Part shown: positions 63,444 through 64,000 of the stretch, in pieces
How the letters are laid out: every line of letters starts with the position of its first letter
How positions within the stretch are numbered: the first letter of the stretch is position 1
Source: Thermoanaerobaculaceae bacterium
GTDB taxonomy: Bacteria; Acidobacteriota; Thermoanaerobaculia; Multivoradales; UBA5704
NCBI GenBank assembly: GCA_963785165.1
Contig: CAWAUI010000004.1
Coordinates: forward strand, 13,321-77,320
Reading direction: 5' to 3'
Length of the DNA stretch: 64,000 bases
The notes under the pieces: generated by a model
The model's input: the letters and a program-made list of their open reading frames with translations, nothing else
Database searches by the model: none
What the model was told of the DNA's origin: nothing
Made by a program: the position numbers and the translations under genes

Positions 63444-64000
63444 TCAGCCTCTCGGGGCCGCCCGTCCCGCCCGCTCAATCTCGGTGATCACCTTGCGCGC
63501 CTGCTCCACCGTGGCCCTCTCCAAGTGGGCGGCGTCGCAGAATAGCGTCAAGGCGGCCAAGGCCTCGCGGCTGAAATCCGTGCCGTTGAAGATCTTGCCC
63601 AGGGTCACCGCCAGCTCCTTGACCTCCTGGGTACGCCCGGCCTCCAGCAAGAGCACCGCGAGGTCGAGGGAAGAGAGGGCCGCGTCGTAGGGCAGCTCGC
63701 GGTCGGTGAAGATCTGGCTCACCTGCTCGAGACCGGCGATGGCCTCCTCCGGCCTGCCCAAGCCGGCCGCTACCTTCGACCGCAGCCAGTCCACGCGGAG
63801 GAGGTCCAGCTCATTGCCCAGCTCAACCGCCAGATCCTGCACTTGGGGCAGCAGCTCGGCGGCTTCCCCATAGTGCTCCAGGTGGACCAGGTTTTTCGTT
63901 TTCATGAAGAGCAAGATCCAGAGCAGCCGTGCGTCACCCAGAGGCTCGATGAGTGGAGTTGCTTCCACCAAAACCGCCAGAGCACTTTCCGCATCGCCCA
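63444..64000 (-). CDS. 3' part of a TPR-repeat protein (partial)
   Basis: HLEHYGEAAELL, AAGLGRPEEAIAGLEQV, PYDAALSSLDLAVLLLEAGRTQEVKELA helical repeats. Runs off the window. Confidence 0.8.
   Translation of the reverse strand, partial: GDAESALAVLVEATPLIEPLGDARLLWILLFMKTKNLVHLEHYGEAAELLPQVQDLAVELGNELDLLRVDWLRSKVAAGLGRPEEAIAGLEQVSQIFTDRELPYDAALSSLDLAVLLLEAGRTQEVKELAVTLGKIFNGTDFSREALAALTLFCDAAHLERATVEQARKVITEIERAGRAAPRG

Overview
High-GC bacterial chromosomal window. Gene content and style suggest Acidobacteriota, possibly Thermoanaerobaculia (inference only). Many genes, including essential ones (prs, rplY, icd, mdh, PBP1A), are broken by single-base frameshifts. This points to long-read assembly indels, so genes are reported with reconstructed boundaries. 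Core content: menaquinone prenyltransferase and methyltransferase, ssb, dtd, HU, a TPR-lolB-like-spoVG-tRNA-Gln-prs-rplY-pth-rpsF-rpsR-rplI block, PBP1A, uvrB, cdd, icd, mdh and pruA. Accessory content: vapBC, three tandem BNR-repeat secreted proteins, a kinase-TPR protein, an orphan MoxR-vWA ternary-system-like protein, an exonuclease-RecQ-UvrD fusion, a glutathionylspermidine-synthase-like operon, a secreted cyanophycinase-like peptidase with a TonB-dependent receptor, a bacilliredoxin, and two lower-GC single-gene insertions. The most unusual non-coding signals are: (1) a single canonical type I-C CRISPR repeat 30 nt upstream of the icd start with no array or cas gene in the window; (2) two unrelated intergenic arrays of short palindromes spaced at exact multiples of 21 bp; (3) a near-consensus promoter, SD and 12-codon ORF converging on an unknown 2-TM protein; (4) a Cys-rich secreted gene bracketed by a duplicated ~60-bp promoter/start region; (5) REP-like palindromes whose ends supply GTG starts to downstream genes.
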